This document shows positions 9,455 through 18,247 of a stretch of 64,000 nucleotides of DNA, piece by piece. Origin of the DNA: Clostridia bacterium (GTDB lineage Bacteria; Bacillota; Clostridia; RGIG6154); the NCBI GenBank assembly GCA_045589295.1, contig JAZNOU010000005.1, positions 1-64,000 on the forward strand, written 5' to 3'. The stretch's first letter is position 1, and each line of letters begins with the position of its first letter. The position numbers and the translations under genes were made by a program. The notes under the pieces are model-generated. The model had not been told where the DNA came from and ran no database searches. It was given only the letters and a program-made list of their open reading frames with translations.

Positions 9455-10630
9455 TTATGCAAACATTATCTTGTCAAAAACCACAGTTGCCGCACCTAAA
9501 AGGGGTGCTTTATCATAAAACTTTGACATTATTATTTCCACACTATGCTGTTTTGAGCCAACTGGCGTAATACCCACATTTTTTTTGAGTCGTGAAATAA
9601 TTTCATCACCGCCCGTTGCAATGTCATTTCCCAAAATAACAATTGCAGGATCAAATATATTAATTGCATTTGTTACCCCTATAGCAAGATATTTGCAAAG
9701 CTCATCCAAAGTGTCAACGCACAATTTATCACCTTTTTTTGCACAATCAATAATATTTTCAAATGTAACAGGTACCTTAAGCATGGTTTGTGCACCATTT
9801 TGAATTGCTTCTTCGGTATTTTCAACCATACTTACCATATTAGTATATAGTTCTAAACATCCCCTATTTCCACACTGACATTCTTTTCCGTCAGGATTGA
9901 CTGTGATATGCCCCAATTCACAAGAACAACCATTGTATCCTAAAATAAGGTTATCATCAATAACTGCAGCTGCTCCAAGACCTTTTGAAACGCCAATATA
10001 AACAAAATTTTGATTAGTTCTACCGCCACCGTAGTATCTTTCAGCAAGCGCTGCACAATTTGTATTTTTATATAAAAACACTGGAAGTTTTGTAAATTTC
10101 TGCACCTCTTTTACAATTTCAAAGTTTTTAATACCATAGAAATTGGTAGGTCCTAAAATCTTACCATGTTCGGTATCAACCGGCCCCATTGAACTTATAC
10201 CCACTCCCACAACTTCGGTCTGACTTATATTACTGATAGTACTAATCAAATCGCCGATGATACTTACAATTTTTTCTTCATTTGTATCCTTGTTCAACTC
10301 AACACGCTTTGAATAAAGCATATTACCCTTTATATCAGCAAGGCAACCTTCTATATAACTTCTTGTAATACTGATACCTATAGCACAAATACATCCGTCT
10401 TCAAGCTCAAGCAAAATTGGTTTTCTTTTGCCGGTGGCATTTACGTCAACACCTGTTTCTTTAATATATCCTTTATCTGAAAATTCTGAAATAATATTTG
10501 TCAGTGACATTTTTGAAAGCCCCGAATTTCTTGACAACTGAATTCTTGAAATCGGCGAATTCAAAATAAACATTTTTAAAATAATGTTTCTATTTAAAAC
10601 CTTGTTTGTTTTTGAGTTATTCGCTTTCAT
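9455..10630 (-). CDS. ROK family transcriptional regulator
   Basis: N-terminal wHTH (ISRIQLSRNSGLSKMSLT), ELGH...CxCGNRGCLE; start moved to ATG 10630, which has SD GAGG. Confidence 0.9.
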   Translation of the reverse strand: MKANNSKTNKVLNRNIILKMFILNSPISRIQLSRNSGLSKMSLTNIISEFSDKGYIKETGVDVNATGKRKPILLELEDGCICAIGISITRSYIEGCLADIKGNMLYSKRVELNKDTNEEKIVSIIGDLISTISNISQTEVVGVGISSMGPVDTEHGKILGPTNFYGIKNFEIVKEVQKFTKLPVFLYKNTNCAALAERYYGGGRTNQNFVYIGVSKGLGAAAVIDDNLILGYNGCSCELGHITVNPDGKECQCGNRGCLELYTNMVSMVENTEEAIQNGAQTMLKVPVTFENIIDCAKKGDKLCVDTLDELCKYLAIGVTNAINIFDPAIVILGNDIATGGDEIISRLKKNVGITPVGSKQHSVEIIMSKFYDKAPLLGAATVVFDKIMFA

Positions 10631-10666
10631 AACAACCTCACATTCAATAAAGTATAAACACGCTAT

Positions 10667-10695
10667 ATTATATCTCTTTTTACGCAAAAAGTCAA
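10667..10695 (-). promoter_or_regulatory. sigma-A promoter of the ROK-clp-galK-rdgB operon
   Basis: TTGACT-17-TATAAT. Confidence 0.65.
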
Positions 10696-10742
10696 ATTGT
10701 ATAATCTTTTTTACTTAACCATAGTTTTTTTACTTTTAAAGC

Positions 10743-10769
10743 AAAAGACCTGAAAAATCAGGCCTTTTT
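10743..10769 (-). terminator. terminator after the SGNH gene
   Basis: AAAAGACCTGA-aaaa-TCAGGCCTTTT. Confidence 0.6.
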
Positions 10770-10773
10770 AAAT

Positions 10774-12453
10774 TTATTTTATTTTTTCAATTACTACTGT
10801 TCTTTGAACAGGTTTTGACATATCCTTGATTTTTTGTTCACGCTCTCTGATTTTATTCCAGTTTTCCACCTCATACTTTTTGGCACCATATTCTGTTGGG
10901 GAATTACTAAAGTAGCTTTTATACATTGAAATATAAGCTGTGCCTAAAACTTTAAGTTCGTCTTCGGTAGAATTTTCATTAAACTGTGAAACATCTACCT
11001 CAGGATGAGATTTTATTGCTTGTTCTGTGGTTGCAATTCCTCTGTACTTGCTTTCATAACTTGCCTTTGAAATAGTATTCATATATGACTGTAGCGCCTG
11101 CATCTGAGCAGGATTTTTTGTGTCAATGGAAATATTAACGCCCTCCGCAAGCTGCGATGAAGTATATGTATTAGAAAGTACATTTCCACCTATTGAAATC
11201 TGATACTGTCCGTCTTCAAGACCTGTAACCTTAATTGTTTCCAAATTCATTTCTTCAGTTACAGGAATTCCCCACTCTTCAAATTGCTTATAATTGCCAT
11301 TATATGCTAAAGGAAGTGCGTTGGGAAGATACTCATACTCAACTCTAGTTTTGTCAGCCATAGTTAATTTAACAGTTGCGTTTTGTGCTGACATTGTTGA
11401 ATTTGCAACATCCACATTTACTTTGGCAACAAATGAACTTCCGCCCTCTTGTGCTTTTAAAATTACATAAGCCATATAAAATCCGCCCTGCTCACCTGGA
11501 TGAATTCCATCAGTTGATACTACGATTGGACCTTTTACACCATATTCTTCACGAATTTTAGTTGTCGTTTCTGTAAGAGGTGTCCATATGTCAATATAAG
11601 GCAGATTATATTTCTTTGCAATTTCTTCTGCATGCTTTGTCATTTTAGAAAGCCCATATGTATTAACACTATCAGGGTATTGTGATGTGCAATTTTCAAC
11701 ATGAGGATCAAAAAGTTGAGGTGACATAATAGTTAATTTAATTTTTGCTTCTTCACATAAGTTTATAACTTTTTCAAGATTTTGTGCATAAAGAGCTATG
11801 TTTTGATCCTGTTTTTCCCTGCTGTATTTTTCGCCCTCAACATAATAAATCGGACTACAATCATTAAACCCAAATGTAATTATAGCTTCATCAATCTTAC
11901 CCGAAAGCTCATCACCAGTAATATCCCATTCAAAGCGGTTAATAAAACTGCCAAGACTGTTTCCCGGAATGGCTTTATTTACAAACACGATATCTTTGTT
12001 GGGGTATCTAGTGTGATAGTAATGCTCAATGATTTTAGTATAATGCCCCATCTGGGTTGTGCTTGCGCCAAAAAATCCTACTGTAATCTGACCATTATCC
12101 CCACCAAACACCTCAGGTTTAACAGTTTGGTCATCTTTTGGTTCTTCTTTTATTTCTTCTTTAGCTGTACCCCAAACATAAACCTTAGCAAGCTTTGTGC
12201 CATTGGGAACAGAAAACTTATCATTGTCTATATAGCTGCAGGCGATAAGCCTGTTGCTTTCATCATAAAACGAAACCAAAGTTACTCCTTCAAAACTGCT
12301 TGCAGCGTTTACAATTTCACTTTGTTCAATAACTCCATTGCCATTTGAATCATTTACTGTTATGATTTGCAATTTCGTGTTGGTTTCTGCTAAAGCTGTT
12401 GATAATGGCATTACAAAAAGTATTGCAAGCATAAAGCATAAAATCCTTTTCAT
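10774..12453 (-). CDS. secreted SGNH/GDSL-family hydrolase (probable carbohydrate esterase)
   Basis: Signal peptide; blocks FFGAST, NKAIPG, FGFND, DGIHP. Confidence 0.75.
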   Translation of the reverse strand: MKRILCFMLAILFVMPLSTALAETNTKLQIITVNDSNGNGVIEQSEIVNAASSFEGVTLVSFYDESNRLIACSYIDNDKFSVPNGTKLAKVYVWGTAKEEIKEEPKDDQTVKPEVFGGDNGQITVGFFGASTTQMGHYTKIIEHYYHTRYPNKDIVFVNKAIPGNSLGSFINRFEWDITGDELSGKIDEAIITFGFNDCSPIYYVEGEKYSREKQDQNIALYAQNLEKVINLCEEAKIKLTIMSPQLFDPHVENCTSQYPDSVNTYGLSKMTKHAEEIAKKYNLPYIDIWTPLTETTTKIREEYGVKGPIVVSTDGIHPGEQGGFYMAYVILKAQEGGSSFVAKVNVDVANSTMSAQNATVKLTMADKTRVEYEYLPNALPLAYNGNYKQFEEWGIPVTEEMNLETIKVTGLEDGQYQISIGGNVLSNTYTSSQLAEGVNISIDTKNPAQMQALQSYMNTISKASYESKYRGIATTEQAIKSHPEVDVSQFNENSTEDELKVLGTAYISMYKSYFSNSPTEYGAKKYEVENWNKIREREQKIKDMSKPVQRTVVIEKIK

Positions 12454-12523
12454 ATTTTACATCCTTTCTTTTTGCAAAATTTATTCTATTTATATTTTAC
12501 TATTTTTACCTGAAAAAGTCAAT

Positions 12524-12553
12524 AAAAAAGGACTAAACCAATGTTTAGCCCTT
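12524..12553 (-). terminator. terminator between the two SGNH genes
   Basis: AAGGACTAAAC-caat-GTTTAGCCCTT with poly-A on the left (U-tail on the minus strand). Confidence 0.6.
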
Positions 12554-12564
12554 AAATTTTTTAT

Positions 12565-14727
12565 TTACTGAACTTTTGAAATTTTAACAGTACGTTCCTG
12601 AGGCATAGCTTCTTCTGCAGTACGGTTAATACAATTTCGAATTACACTGATAAATTTATCTTGATTTGGTTTTCTTAAACGGTATTCAGCAGGTAATAAT
12701 GTGCCATAACCCGCTGCCTGGAATTGTTCACTAAGAGCAATCCAATCCTTAGTTTCAAAATTATTATAGCTTGGGTCATTATGCGGAACGTTATTATACT
12801 TTTCGTTTGCTTTTCTCATTATCAATTCTTCATTCATAATGTGTCTAAGCGATCTTTCCGCTTCTTTTCTGGTGGTGTACTTATCTTCTTCTGCGGCACC
12901 ATAAAATTTAGTACCAACTGCATAATTTTCATAAATGTTTTTTGCCTGAATCTGACCAGGGTTGTTCTCAAGAGTTGCAATATTTACACCTTTTTCAAGG
13001 TCTGTATTTGACACTGTGCAGAGCACATTATCACCAATTTTAATGGTGTAGTTACCATCTTGCAAACCGGTTACTTTTATAATTTCTTTGTTCATTGTGT
13101 TGGTGATATCTACACCATACTTTTCAGCATACACATAACCGCTTGCTTTTGCATACATCGGAATTGCCACTGGTAAATATGTGTAAGTAACCCCTGTTTG
13201 AGAACTTTCTAAAACGCTTACTTCGGCTCCATCAGTTGTGCTTGTATTTGCTATAGCATCAATCTCAACTGCAGCTACAATTTCATCAGTTTCCTGACCT
13301 CTTGCAATCATGTAACCAACCATGTAACCACCATCTGCACTGTGGTGAAGTCCATCTGTACCTGTGATAACAAGAGAAGCACCATACTCTTTTCTGATTC
13401 TTTCGGTATATTCGTTTGACATACCCCAAGTATCAATAAACGGAACATCATATTCTTCGGCTAATTCTTTAAGTCCATCAGAAAGTTTACCGAACGCAAA
13501 GTTTGAACCATAGCAAACGCCGTAAGATAGTGTAGTTTCAAATGCATCACTTTCATCATAAAGTGTCATTGGAGTGAATGTAACACCCTTACCATTCGCC
13601 TTACACCACTTAACTATTTCTTCATAGTTGTTAAGTGACTCCTGAATTCTTTCACCCATATTAGCATGGAATTTTCCGTCAGATCCAAAAGTTCCATTGT
13701 AGAACTTAAGATACTCGTCATCATCCATTTTGCCATATGTATAGCTTGCATACCCAACATCGTTAGCACCAACCATAATAGCAATTTCATCACATGCACC
13801 ATAGCCAAGCGGGTCGTTTTCATTAAAAATATCCCAGTCTTTTCTAAGAAGAATGTCAGCAGCTGTACAACCTGCTGCACCTTTGTTTAAAATAACAATA
13901 TTTTTACCCGGATAACGTGTTGCATAGTACTGATATAAGAACAATGCATATTCACCAGCGTGAACTGTACTTGCTCCCGCAAGACCTACTACCCAATAAT
14001 CATCAGGATTTTCGTTTTTATTAACAAAAGTTAAATTGCCATCAAAAGTTTTCTTAACATCTTCTTTTGCTAAAGGCATAAGGTTAACTGTGTCCTGCCA
14101 AGCAAAAGCCTTTGCCTTAACAGTTCCTTCAGGCAATCTAAAATCATCAGAAAAGTTAACTTTCTTAGCTATATCAAGATCGCCAAAACCGATATTTAAA
14201 GTTTTAGCTTTTGTCGCAAGAAGCTTATTGTTTTCATTATAAGCTGCAATCATAATTTCAACTTTTGTATCATCACCATACTTATTGTTTATATCAACAA
14301 CAACATCAACAAAATCATCTTCAGAAATGTAGTAAGCTACATCATTACTTACATTTTTGATTGCAACATCAACACAATAAACATCTTTTTTTGCAAAAGC
14401 TGTTTCTACAGTTTGAGTAATATCATCATTTGTTAGTGAATCACGTACCTTAACCTCGTAATTATCAATATCGCCACTGAACTTAAATTTAGTTTCGTAC
14501 TTACCATTGCCAGCGGTAACAAGCTCATTGATATAACCAATATTTCCTAGATTATCCATAAGCAAAATTGCAACACTCTGTCCGCCAACATCAGCTTTTC
14601 CTTCAATGTAAACGTTATAGGCACCTTCTCTCGTGTCATATGCACCTACTTCTTTTGTTGCAGCAAAAGTGGTAATTGATGACAACATCATCATAACACA
14701 CAATGCTAAACTTAATACTTTTTTCAT
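12565..14727 (-). CDS. secreted SGNH/GDSL-family hydrolase, paralog of 10774-12453
   Basis: Signal peptide; blocks LAGAST, NKGAAG, VGAND, DGLHH; shares HYYHTRYP/QYYATRYP and GVNI...NP.Q.QA segments with the neighbour. Confidence 0.75.
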   Translation of the reverse strand: MKKVLSLALCVMMMLSSITTFAATKEVGAYDTREGAYNVYIEGKADVGGQSVAILLMDNLGNIGYINELVTAGNGKYETKFKFSGDIDNYEVKVRDSLTNDDITQTVETAFAKKDVYCVDVAIKNVSNDVAYYISEDDFVDVVVDINNKYGDDTKVEIMIAAYNENNKLLATKAKTLNIGFGDLDIAKKVNFSDDFRLPEGTVKAKAFAWQDTVNLMPLAKEDVKKTFDGNLTFVNKNENPDDYWVVGLAGASTVHAGEYALFLYQYYATRYPGKNIVILNKGAAGCTAADILLRKDWDIFNENDPLGYGACDEIAIMVGANDVGYASYTYGKMDDDEYLKFYNGTFGSDGKFHANMGERIQESLNNYEEIVKWCKANGKGVTFTPMTLYDESDAFETTLSYGVCYGSNFAFGKLSDGLKELAEEYDVPFIDTWGMSNEYTERIRKEYGASLVITGTDGLHHSADGGYMVGYMIARGQETDEIVAAVEIDAIANTSTTDGAEVSVLESSQTGVTYTYLPVAIPMYAKASGYVYAEKYGVDITNTMNKEIIKVTGLQDGNYTIKIGDNVLCTVSNTDLEKGVNIATLENNPGQIQAKNIYENYAVGTKFYGAAEEDKYTTRKEAERSLRHIMNEELIMRKANEKYNNVPHNDPSYNNFETKDWIALSEQFQAAGYGTLLPAEYRLRKPNQDKFISVIRNCINRTAEEAMPQERTVKISKVQ

Positions 14728-14971
14728 AAAAATTCTTCCTTTCTTTATTTTTTAAATAATTCTCGAGCTCCACTTACTGTAAGGTAATTCTGCCTTCTGA
14801 TAAGACTTTTTTTGCTTTTTGTTGTTCCACAAACAACTTAACAATTTCAAATAAATTGTATCATTGCATTACAAGCTTTGTCAATAATAAAAAACGAGCG
14901 AAATTTATATTTTCGACACTTGACCAAAAACATAAAATGTGATATTATAAAGGAGTACAAGAGGTGATAAA

Positions 14972-15772
14972 ATGAACGATATAATAAAACCGCCGGTTGT
15001 TTCTGCAGAAGGATATGATGTAAAGATTTGCAAACACTACTCACGAGAAGCAAAAGCACGACCATTTAATGCTATTTATTACAAAAAAAGCGGTATCTTG
15101 AAGCTAGACTTTGCCGATAAACCGCTGTCGCCTAAAAAAAACTATGTTTACTTCATTCCTCAAAATCAAAGTTTTACCATTGAAGCTCTTGAATACACAC
15201 AGGTTATTGCAATTAATTTTAACTGTCTTGATGATGACACATCTTTTAATACTCCTTTTATCTTTGAATGCACAAATCCTCGTATCGCTGAACTGTTTGA
15301 TATTATATGCGAAAAATATTCAACTAAAGATACTAACAATTATAAATATTTCTCTCTCTTTTACGAATTGCTTGAAAAAGTAGAAGAACACATTAAAATA
15401 AACGAGGTTGACAAAACCAACCCTAAAATCTTGCAAGCAAAATCTGAAATTGAAAAGCGGTTTGCCGATGATAGCTTTAACATAAACAAACTTGCCGATT
15501 TATTGTCTGTAAACACTTCATACTTAAGACGTGAATTTAAAAAGGTGTATTCTATCTCACCCATATCATATCTTAAGAATATAAGATTACAAAGTGCAGT
15601 TTCAATGCTTGTATCAAATTATTATTCAATTAAAGATATTGCACAAAAATGTGGATATAGCAGTCCAAGCTATTTCATACAGGTATTTCATAAAAGTAAA
15701 GGATGCCCACCGCAAAAATATAAAGAAACATATTTTAACAATTCCGTTGAACAAAAGCATCACAACCTTTAG
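14972..15772 (+). CDS. AraC family transcriptional regulator
   Basis: C-terminal double HTH (YLRREFKK...IAQKCGYSSPSYFIQVF); divergent from the SGNH genes. Confidence 0.9.
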   Translation: MNDIIKPPVVSAEGYDVKICKHYSREAKARPFNAIYYKKSGILKLDFADKPLSPKKNYVYFIPQNQSFTIEALEYTQVIAINFNCLDDDTSFNTPFIFECTNPRIAELFDIICEKYSTKDTNNYKYFSLFYELLEKVEEHIKINEVDKTNPKILQAKSEIEKRFADDSFNINKLADLLSVNTSYLRREFKKVYSISPISYLKNIRLQSAVSMLVSNYYSIKDIAQKCGYSSPSYFIQVFHKSKGCPPQKYKETYFNNSVEQKHHNL

Positions 15773-15777
15773 AAAAT

Positions 15778-15812
15778 ATAAAAACAGGCCGAATATTCGA
15801 CCTGTTTTTTAT
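15778..15812. terminator. bidirectional terminator
   Basis: AAAAACAGGCCGAAT/ATTCGACCTGTTTTT between convergent genes. Confidence 0.7.
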
Positions 15813-16594
15813 ATTTTTATAATATTACTTAAAAACGACTTCAAACGTTCTGTTTGGGGATTTGAAAAAATTTCATCCGGTGTGCCCTGCTCTGCAATCA
15901 CACCATCATCCATAAATACTACACGGTCCGAAACCTGATGTGCAAAGGACATTTCGTGAGTTACAATAATCATTGTCATATCTTTATCTGCCAGAGATTT
16001 TATAATATGCAAAACCTCGTTTGTAAGCTCAGGATCAAGTGCAGATGTTGGCTCATCAAACAGCATAATTTTAGGTTTTAAAGCAAGCGCTCTTGCTATT
16101 GCCACCCTCTGTTGCTGTCCGCCTGAAAGCTGACAGGGATAACTTGAAATTTTATCCAAAAGTCCAGACTGTTTTAAAAGATTCAAAGCATTATCTTCAA
16201 TTTCTTTATAAATTTCAGCCTTGTTCTCTTTAAAATCAGGCCTTTCCTTTGCTAAAAGCTTTGGTGCTAAAGTAACGTTTTCCAAAACATTATACTGCGG
16301 GAAAAGATTAAACTGCTGAAAAACAAATCCAAAATTAAGTTGTTTTTCTCTTATTTCCTTTGGTGACAGTGACTTTTGCCAACTTCCGTCAAAAATAACG
16401 TCATCACCTAAAGTAATCTTTCCATCATCAGCCTTTTCCAGAAAATTTATGCATCTTAAAAACGTTGTCTTTCCGCTTCCCGAAGATCCGATTATTGATA
16501 TAACCTCTCCTTCGTTCATTTCAAAACTTACATCTTTTAAAACCTCAGTTTTACCGAAGCTTTTTTTCAAATTTTCTATCTTTAAAATTGACAT
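15809..16594 (-). CDS. polar amino acid ABC transporter ATP-binding protein (GlnQ family)
   Basis: [33 protein letters not shown]. Confidence 0.93.
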   Translation of the reverse strand: MSILKIENLKKSFGKTEVLKDVSFEMNEGEVISIIGSSGSGKTTFLRCINFLEKADDGKITLGDDVIFDGSWQKSLSPKEIREKQLNFGFVFQQFNLFPQYNVLENVTLAPKLLAKERPDFKENKAEIYKEIEDNALNLLKQSGLLDKISSYPCQLSGGQQQRVAIARALALKPKIMLFDEPTSALDPELTNEVLHIIKSLADKDMTMIIVTHEMSFAHQVSDRVVFMDDGVIAEQGTPDEIFSNPQTERLKSFLSNIIKI

Positions 16595-16603
16595 TTTTTC
16601 ACC

Positions 16604-17251
16604 CTAACCCTTATAATAGTCCAGTTTCTTTTCTATATACCCAAAGATAAGGGTAAGAATTCCGCAAAATGCAAGATAAAACACACCTGAATAGAAAAGC
16701 GGCCACAAGATGTGTTCGCTATTCATAAAGCGTTTTGCATTCCATGTGATTTCATAAATCATAATGGTATTTGCAAGTGACGTGTCTTTGACAAGCGTTA
16801 AAAATTCATTACTCATAGGTGGGATAATACGTTTTACAACCTGCATAAGAATAATTTTGAAAAACACCTGTGTTTTTGTCATTCCCAGCACCGCGCCTGC
16901 TTCATACTGCCCTTTTGGAATTCCCTCAATTCCGCCACGGAAAATTTCAGAAAAATAGCACGCATAGTTAAGCACAAAAGCTATCATTACCGCAACAAAT
17001 GTATTCATTCCGTTAATTCCAAGAAGTCCCGGCCCAAAGCCAAAAACTATAAGTTGGAGCATAAGCGGTGTTCCTCTTATAACCCATATAAGCGTCTTGA
17101 TGGGCCATTTTATAATATGTATTTTACTCATAGAGCCGAAAGAAATGATAAGCCCCAACGGAAGTGCCATAAGAAGTGTTAGCCCGAATATTTTAAATGT
17201 TACCCACAAGCCTTCAAAAAGACTCAATGTTACTGTTAGAAAAATTGACAT
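16604..17251 (-). CDS. polar amino acid ABC transporter permease
   Basis: RGTPLMLQ, SEIFRGGI, GQYEAG, LVKDTSL. Confidence 0.93.
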   Translation of the reverse strand: MSIFLTVTLSLFEGLWVTFKIFGLTLLMALPLGLIISFGSMSKIHIIKWPIKTLIWVIRGTPLMLQLIVFGFGPGLLGINGMNTFVAVMIAFVLNYACYFSEIFRGGIEGIPKGQYEAGAVLGMTKTQVFFKIILMQVVKRIIPPMSNEFLTLVKDTSLANTIMIYEITWNAKRFMNSEHILWPLFYSGVFYLAFCGILTLIFGYIEKKLDYYKG

Positions 17252-17280
17252 ATTTAAATCCTATACTTTTATAAACTGTT

Positions 17281-17310
17281 TAAAAAGGCAGAAAAACATC
17301 TGCCTTTTTA
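17281..17310 (-). terminator. hairpin/attenuating terminator after the substrate-binding protein gene
   Basis: AAAAAGGCAGA-aaaaca-TCTGCCTTTTT. Confidence 0.6.
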
Positions 17311-17341
17311 ACTTAATATAACTTATTTTTAATTAAACTTA

Positions 17342-18097
17342 TTAGAGTGCTAAGTTAAGCTCGTACTTTTCTGCCAAAGCATCAAGTGTTCCGTCAGCCT
17401 TAAGCTCGTCAATGATAGCATTTACTTTTTCTGTAAGTTCAGAGCCTTTTCTAAAGCCAATTCCGTACTCTTCAGATGTAAGTTCTAAAGAATATGTAAG
17501 TTTGTCATAGCTTGTTCCGTCTGCTGTCATTGATTTAGCCATTGTGATATCAATAACACAAGCATCTGCCTGACCGCCAATTACTGCTAAAAGAGCATCT
17601 GTCTGAGCAGCTACAGGTGAATAGTCTCCATCGAGGCCATTATCTTTGATTGCAGCTTCGCCGGCTGAACCTGCTTCTGCGGCAAATTTAAGACCTTTTA
17701 AGCTTTCAACATCTTTGTATGCTTCAATTTTATCTTCTGCCATCACAACAACCTGTGCGTTTTTAACATAAGCTTTTGAAACATCACAGTTTGCCTTAAC
17801 TTCGTCAGAAATTGTCATACCATTCCAAATACAATCAATCTGGTTTGCATCCAAGGTAACGAATTTTGTGTCCCAATTGATTTCAACAAACTCTGGTGTA
17901 ACACCAAGTTTTTCGCAAACAGCTTCTGAAAATTCTGTATCAAAGCCTGTAAGCTTACCATCTTCCATATAGTTCATTGGTTCGTAAATTGTATAACCAA
18001 TAACTAATTTATCATCAGCTTTTTCTCCGCATGATACAAGACTGATAATCATCATTAATGCGAGCGCAAGCACTCCTAATTTTTTCAACATTTTCAT
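17342..18097 (-). CDS. amino acid ABC transporter substrate-binding lipoprotein (SBP family 3)
   Basis: Lipobox LVSC, TGFDTE, IDCIWNGMT, EEYGIGFRKG. Confidence 0.92.
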   Translation of the reverse strand: MKMLKKLGVLALALMMIISLVSCGEKADDKLVIGYTIYEPMNYMEDGKLTGFDTEFSEAVCEKLGVTPEFVEINWDTKFVTLDANQIDCIWNGMTISDEVKANCDVSKAYVKNAQVVVMAEDKIEAYKDVESLKGLKFAAEAGSAGEAAIKDNGLDGDYSPVAAQTDALLAVIGGQADACVIDITMAKSMTADGTSYDKLTYSLELTSEEYGIGFRKGSELTEKVNAIIDELKADGTLDALAEKYELNLAL

Positions 18098-18131
18098 TAT
18101 AACTCTCTCCTTTTATTTATGTTGTGGATAC

Positions 18132-18160
18132 AGTATAACACAAAACTTTACTGTTGTAAA
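18132..18160 (-). promoter_or_regulatory. sigma-A promoter of the amino acid ABC operon
   Basis: TTTACA-17-TATACT with extended TG. Confidence 0.55.
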
Positions 18161-18247
18161 GTGCTAAAGTGAAAAAAATCAAAAAATTATTTGTTTTCTA
18201 TTAATGGGTATGTTATACTTATTATATAAATATATCGGAGGTATGTT

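Noticed and set aside
14760-14830. CTTATCAGAAGGCAGA in the SGNH leader, resembling the start of a SAM-I riboswitch
   Set aside because: Lacks GAGGGA...GCCC, GCAACC and the GTGC/GAT(A/G)A elements
14847-15065. 72-aa ORF in the SGNH/AraC divergent region
   Set aside because: Overlaps both promoters and the AraC start; no SD
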